Shown here: positions 35,249 to 39,385 of the stretch, piece by piece | How the letters are laid out: each line of letters begins with the position of its first letter | How positions within the stretch are numbered: the first letter of the stretch is position 1 | Origin: an uncultured Candidatus Saccharibacteria bacterium | GTDB taxonomy: Bacteria; Patescibacteriota; Minisyncoccia; Spechtbacterales; HO2-43-30 | Assembly: GCA_964374025.1 (NCBI GenBank) | Contig: CAYJWU010000002.1 | Coordinates: forward strand, 25,495 to 64,879 | Direction of reading: 5' to 3' | DNA length: 39,385 nt | Made by a program: the position numbers and the translations under genes | The notes under the pieces: model-generated | What the model was told of the DNA's origin: nothing | What the model saw: the letters and a program-made list of their open reading frames with translations, nothing else | Databases searched by the model: none

Positions 35249-35291
35249 TACCCCGAACTGTGTTTCGCGAAGCGAAACTCTAGTTCGGGGT
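35249..35291. repeat. 43-bp imperfect hairpin repeat, copy A
   Basis: The sequence is TACCCCGAACTGTGTTTCGCGAAGCGAAACTCTAGTTCGGGGT. The outer stem is ACCCCGAACT/AGTTCGGGGT and the inner stem is TTTCGC/GCGAAA. Confidence 0.9.
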
Positions 35292-35408
35292 CAACTATTT
35301 ACTATCGGCCTTTCTTAATATTATACCAGAAGGGGTCAAGAGGTGGGATGTGGATAAGTAAAATGTGGTATGAACCAGAGTTTGCTGGAAGCAAACACGG
35401 TTAATACC

Positions 35409-35451
35409 TACCCCGAACTGTGTTTTGCGAAGCGAAACTCTAGTTCGGGGT
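35409..35451. repeat. 43-bp imperfect hairpin repeat, copy B (one substitution versus copy A)
   Basis: The sequence is TACCCCGAACTGTGTTTTGCGAAGCGAAACTCTAGTTCGGGGT. It lies 19 nt from the tRNA-Ala 3' end. A degenerate inverted relative lies at about 35375-35405 (GAACCAGAGTTTGCTGGAAGCAAACACGGTT). Confidence 0.9.
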
Positions 35452-35469
35452 GGGCCGAGCTAAGCTCGG

Positions 35470-35543
35470 TGGACCTGAGGAGATTCGAACTCCTGACCTT
35501 CGCATTGCAAATGCGGCGCTCTAACCAACTGAGCTACAGGCCC
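35470..35543 (-). tRNA. tRNA-Ala (anticodon UGC)
   Basis: The minus strand reads GGGCCTGTAGCTCAGTTGGTTAGAGCGCCGCATTTGCAATGCGAAGGTCAGGAGTTCGAATCTCCTCAGGTCCA. The G3:U70 identity pair is present, and CC but not the final A is encoded. Confidence 0.9.
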
Positions 35544-35557
35544 ACGTGAATAAAAAT

Positions 35558-35597
35558 ATTGTCTCCCTTCGGGAGATGTCCCGCAGGGACACAAATG
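35558..35597 (-). repeat. Third copy of the double-hairpin element seen in uvrC
   Basis: The transcript-sense (minus) sequence is CATTTGTGTCCC-TGCG-GGGACATCTCCC-GAAG-GGAGACAAT. The uvrC mRNA reads CAATTTTTCCCCC-TTCG-GGGGGATCTCCC-GCAG-GGAGACAAT. Confidence 0.85.
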
Positions 35598-35627
35598 CGG
35601 TGTTCTACCACTAAACTACTGGCCCGC
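35590..35627 (-). pseudogene. tRNA 5'-half-like fragment (acceptor, D arm and anticodon-stem 5' strand, UGU-like loop) with no T arm or 3' acceptor strand
   Basis: The minus strand reads GCGGGCCAGTAGTTTAGTGGTAGAACACCGCATTTGTG and begins at the last base of the sodN stop codon. It resembles the first half of the neighbouring tRNA-Ala and tRNA-Ile. It runs straight into the double-hairpin element. Confidence 0.5.
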
Positions 35628-36073
35628 TATTTTGCCTGAATTTCCATATTCTTTTTCACTGCCTCATAACTGTATCCTTCTTTTGTCTGCTCAAAGACGG
35701 TGCCTATCTCGTCAATTAAATCTATGAGTTTTTGGGCATCCGCTATATCCATTGTTTTTTTAGCTTCACCTGCCGCTTTTGTGGCTTTCCAGAATAAGCC
35801 ATGAAGATTCTCAAACTTTTCGGCGTGTTCGGGCTTGAAATAATCCGTCCAAAGCACCCAAAGGTGATGCTTTACGAGTTCCGCCCGCTCTTCCTTTATG
35901 GCAATGCAGCGCTCGCGCAAAACTTCATCCTCTGTACTCTCATAAATCTTTACGGCGTTGTACACCGACTGCGCTTCTATCCTTGCCTGCGCAGGATCAT
36001 AAACTCCGCACATCAGGTCGCAATGGGCATCGACAGTTTTAATATTAAAAATTTTGTTGATAAATTTCTGCAT
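35627..36073 (-). CDS. sodN: Nickel superoxide dismutase precursor
   Basis: A leader MQKFINKIFNIKTVDA is followed by HCDLMCGVYDPAQARIEAQSV...KEERAELVKHHLWVLWTDYFKPEH. This closely parallels Streptomyces NiSOD (HCDLPCGVYDPAQARIEAESV...LWSDYFKPPH). Confidence 0.85.
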   Translation of the reverse strand: MQKFINKIFNIKTVDAHCDLMCGVYDPAQARIEAQSVYNAVKIYESTEDEVLRERCIAIKEERAELVKHHLWVLWTDYFKPEHAEKFENLHGLFWKATKAAGEAKKTMDIADAQKLIDLIDEIGTVFEQTKEGYSYEAVKKNMEIQAK

Positions 36074-36097
36074 AGATTTGAATTTTAATTATAACGG

Positions 36098-36169
36098 TGG
36101 GCGGCGAAGGGATCGAACCTTCGACCTCGTTCTTATCAGGAACGCGTTCTACCACTGAACTAGCCGCCC
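36098..36169 (-). tRNA. tRNA-Ile (anticodon GAU)
   Basis: The minus strand reads GGGCGGC-TA-GTTC-AGTGGTA-GAAC-G-CGTTC-CTGATAA-GAACG-AGGTC-GAAGG-TTCGATC-CCTTC-GCCGCCC-A, and CC is encoded after the discriminator. Confidence 0.85.
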
Positions 36170-36301
36170 CTATTGTTTCCCCACAATACCCCTTTCCCAC
36201 CCCAAAATCAAGCCGCATACCAATGCGACAGCTGCAATCGCGGTAATAAAAAGTGCCTGCCGTTTCTTAAATTATACAACAATTACAAAATCGGCGCGAA
36301 A

Positions 36302-36351
36302 CAATTATAGTATACAAATACTCACGATCGTGAGTATTTGTATACTATAAT
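36302..36351. repeat. 50-bp perfect palindrome centred on CACGATCGTG, abutting the stop codon of the PaaX-like gene
   Basis: The sequence is AATTATAGTATACAAATACTCACGATCGTGAGTATTTGTATACTATAATT, with 25 of 25 pairs verified. The inner 34 bp are identical to 37026-37059. Confidence 0.95.
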
Positions 36352-36995
36352 TAATATTTCATTCCTTTATCCAATAAGCTAAGGTGCCGCCGCAGTAGAA
36401 CACCCTCTCGCAAAAAGTATCTGCGCAAAATCCTATCATTGTCTATTTTTGCCGCAAACATCATTGTATATGGCGTGATACCCAAAAATTCGCACACATA
36501 CCGCAGTTCTCTCTCGCATTCAAACGGATAGATCCATACACTTTTTTGAAATTGGAAAAACCCCAAATTTTTTAGTTTTGATCTCAAAACATCTCGGAGG
36601 CTTCTCCGCTTTTCCGGAACATCAAAAAGGAAAAATCGCCACTGCCCATCCCACTTGTCCTTTTTGATAACAGTTATATCATCTAACTTAGCTTTCCCGA
36701 AAACCTTTTGACCCTTTGGGGTCAATTCAATTCTTGCAACATTTTCTTTCTTATCAAACCTCCACCTGACATAGTGATTTCGCTTCAGCTTATAAATACT
36801 CTGCCGTACCTGCTCGGCGTCACTTTCTGGGGGTACATATGGGCCGCCCTCCTCCCACCACTTTTTAACATAGTATCGGACAAGGGCGATTACCACCTTA
36901 CTCCCCATGGGAGAAAGTATCACTGCTCCGCCCACCAACCCAAACAAAATCGCTTTCTCTATAGAATTTTTATTAAGTATCATTCTTGCTGGCAT
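36351..36995 (-). CDS. PaaX-like / Cas2-fold domain protein (putative DNA-binding regulator)
   Basis: WDGQWRFFLFDVPEKRRSLRDVLRSKLKNLGFFQFQKSVWIYPFECERE matches the PaaX_C/Cas2-like beta-alpha-beta signature. I prefer the ATG at 36995 (MPARMILNK), because the longer ORF to 37238 reads through the upstream palindrome. Confidence 0.65.
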   Translation of the reverse strand: MPARMILNKNSIEKAILFGLVGGAVILSPMGSKVVIALVRYYVKKWWEEGGPYVPPESDAEQVRQSIYKLKRNHYVRWRFDKKENVARIELTPKGQKVFGKAKLDDITVIKKDKWDGQWRFFLFDVPEKRRSLRDVLRSKLKNLGFFQFQKSVWIYPFECERELRYVCEFLGITPYTMMFAAKIDNDRILRRYFLREGVLLRRHLSLLDKGMKY

Positions 36996-37025
36996 ATAAA
37001 CAATACTACCATACCAAACTATTCT

Positions 37026-37059
37026 TATACAAATACTCACGATCGTGAGTATTTGTATA
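37026..37059. promoter_or_regulatory. 34-bp perfect palindrome (candidate operator) 31 nt upstream of the PaaX-like start
   Basis: The sequence is TATACAAATACTCACGATCGTGAGTATTTGTATA, with 17 of 17 pairs verified. Confidence 0.6.
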
Positions 37060-37134
37060 TTGATATGGAAACAAAAAATCCTAAGAGGAATCGTATGGAA
37101 AATCATACGGAAAACCTTAGGATTTATTCCTAAA

Positions 37135-38052
37135 TCAGTAGCCCTTCCATATCGGGGGCACGGGGTAACTTTCTCCAAACATCTCTGCGGGAAGTGTGCC
37201 CCCGTACGCGAGCAGACTTTCGCCAAACTCGAACGCATGATAATTAAACTGCGCAGTTCTCAAAGTTTCGAATCCTCGCCTCATCGCACTTCTATGCTGT
37301 GGGTGATACCGAAGTATCTCCCAAATTTGGCAATTGAGGATAATGGGCAAGAACGGGGAGAATGAGGGATAAGTCAAGAATATATCGGCCTGTTCTTCCA
37401 CGGCCGCTCGGGGCACAAATCCCCCAAATCCAATGCACAAATCGACAACTGGCTTTGTTTCAAGTTCGGAAACGGAATCCCCAACGATAGCAACCGGCCC
37501 CCAAATTCCGTTTGAGGCTCTAAACTTTTCGATTACCTTACGTTTTCCTCCGTCGCGCGATAAGGGATTGCTCTCGTCAAAGCCCGCATATCGGCCTCTC
37601 CGGAAGAAAAGTTCGTTGGCGTATACGTCGCCTTCTGATATCCCAACATACTCGGCAAGCGGTAAAATTGCCTCGCGATAACCCCCGGTTATCAAACAGA
37701 CGTTTACACCTAAATCCTGCAATGCTTGTATCGTTTCTTTTGCATCTGGTGCGAGATTTTCAATGTACAATCGCGAAATCCTTCCAAGATCCCGATGCCT
37801 GGGCCGTATAATCTCCAAGCGTCTTCCAAATACTTCCTCAAGTGCGATCTCGCCGTCCATTGCTCTTTTTGTAAGCTCCGCGACTTCCGTTTTTTTGCCG
37901 CTTATACGGGCAAGCTCGTTTATTCCCTCTATTCCGCAAAGGCAGCTGTCTACATCTATAAAAAGATGCTGATAATCATAGGCCCTAACTTGTCGGCACA
38001 GCACATCAAAGTCACCTTCGTCGCATCGCTCGCAAACTGCGTGCATACCCAT
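37135..38052 (-). CDS. HAD-superfamily hydrolase, phosphoserine-phosphatase-like (subfamily IB) with a C-terminal extension
   Basis: Motif I is LFIDVDSCL. It has a cap-domain helix pair and motif III/IV-like GDSVSE. An AGGAG lies 9 nt upstream of the ATG. Confidence 0.65.
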   Translation of the reverse strand: MGMHAVCERCDEGDFDVLCRQVRAYDYQHLFIDVDSCLCGIEGINELARISGKKTEVAELTKRAMDGEIALEEVFGRRLEIIRPRHRDLGRISRLYIENLAPDAKETIQALQDLGVNVCLITGGYREAILPLAEYVGISEGDVYANELFFRRGRYAGFDESNPLSRDGGKRKVIEKFRASNGIWGPVAIVGDSVSELETKPVVDLCIGFGGFVPRAAVEEQADIFLTYPSFSPFLPIILNCQIWEILRYHPQHRSAMRRGFETLRTAQFNYHAFEFGESLLAYGGTLPAEMFGESYPVPPIWKGY

Positions 38053-38245
38053 TTTAACTTTCTCCTAACAAGAACTAACCCCCTTCAGTAAGATTTGAAA
38101 GGGGTTAGTTGGAGTACGATTTCTGAGTATTTTTAGAGTTTCGTCACACCACAACTATCCCCTTTCAAAAAAGAGGATGAAGTGGTGCTCGAATTAAATT
38201 TTTGCAAACCAAATAATTTCATATTTTGCTTCTGCTTTCTACGGT

Positions 38246-38402
38246 GCATACCCTGTAATGACCTTGCGAATTATCTGCTCCATAAATGGATCAGATATAC
38301 TCGCAGTTTTTTGGTCACTGGGTATACACCCGTAATACGTAATGCCTCAGCTCTATTATTTCGTAAATAATAGAGCTATCGCAAGGTCATTACGGGGCAT
38401 AC
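38246..38402. repeat. ~157-bp inverted-repeat-bounded element (MITE-like or structured RNA) in the 16S-downstream spacer
   Basis: The arms GCATACCCTGTAATGACCTTGCGA (38246-38269) and TCGCAAGGTCATTACGGGGCATAC (38379-38402) pair at 21 of 24 positions, plus one G:U. The interior has a 13-bp perfect hairpin at 38349-38377 and a third CCCGTAAT copy at about 38329. Confidence 0.7.
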
Positions 38403-38536
38403 CATCGAATGGTCTCGTTTAGGATTAGAGACCAAAACCAACAAGTTAAGGGCTGAATTCAGACCCTCGACTTGGCCGACTAAATTTTCCCCGCTTAACC
38501 GTCCTTAAAAAGGAAAGTAATAAGTGAAAAAAATTT

Positions 38537-39385
<849 letters not shown>

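Noticed and set aside
36996-37238. An 81-aa N-terminal extension of the long ORF 36351..37238.
   Set aside because: It reads straight through the 34-bp palindrome, overlaps the 3' end of the HAD gene, and has low-complexity, non-protein-like sequence. The ATG at 36995 gives a sensible PaaX-like protein.
38182-38370. A 62-aa plus-strand ORF in the 16S-downstream spacer.
   Set aside because: It is Cys/Phe-rich, has no RBS or promoter, and spans the inverted-repeat arms. It is better explained as structured non-coding DNA.
38053-38536. I checked whether this spacer encodes tmRNA, RNase P RNA, SRP RNA or 6S RNA.
   Set aside because: I saw none of their hallmark sequences: a tRNA-like end with a tag ORF, GAGGAAAGUCC, or the SRP GGAA/GNAR domain IV motif.

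Overview
This 39.4-kb window reads like a streamlined, AT-leaning bacterial genome of the Candidate Phyla Radiation (Patescibacteria) type. That assignment is an inference from three things: a divergent 16S, 23S introns carrying LAGLIDADG genes, and an unlinked rRNA operon. Most of the window is housekeeping. On the plus strand are uvrC, a holin-like membrane protein, secG, a family-5 solute-binding protein, tRNA-Leu, RNase J, trpS and rpsF-ssb-rpsR. On the minus strand are uvrA (partial), phosphomanno/glucomutase, a DEDD exonuclease, recA, ftsK, rpoC, rpoB, a Wzy/TPR membrane protein, a SEDS protein, 5S, 23S, tRNA-Ala, sodN, tRNA-Ile and a partial 16S. I do not see a convincing new multi-gene defence or secondary-metabolite system. 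The unusual signals are structural. (1) Short hairpin or palindromic elements sit in frame inside uvrC (three sites) and ssb, and one recurs in the rRNA spacer with covarying stems and UNCG loops. (2) The rRNA operon keeps the order 16S, tRNA-Ile, tRNA-Ala, 23S, 5S, but four protein genes (HAD phosphatase, PaaX/Cas2-fold protein, Ni-SOD, membrane protein) lie between these parts, and 23S has its own strong promoter. (3) 23S carries three group I-type introns at E. coli-equivalent positions about 1917, 2500 and 2593, two of them with LAGLIDADG genes. (4) The 16S 3' tail lacks the CCUCC anti-Shine-Dalgarno core and almost no gene has an SD. (5) An identical 34-bp perfect palindrome brackets the PaaX-like gene, and its core recurs next to uvrC. 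(6) An AT-richer accessory patch at 22.8-24.7 kb holds a C39-like peptidase, a NYN protein, a GNAT remnant and an orphan promoter-terminator pair. All E. coli numbering and family assignments come from memory-based alignment and motif recognition, not from searches.
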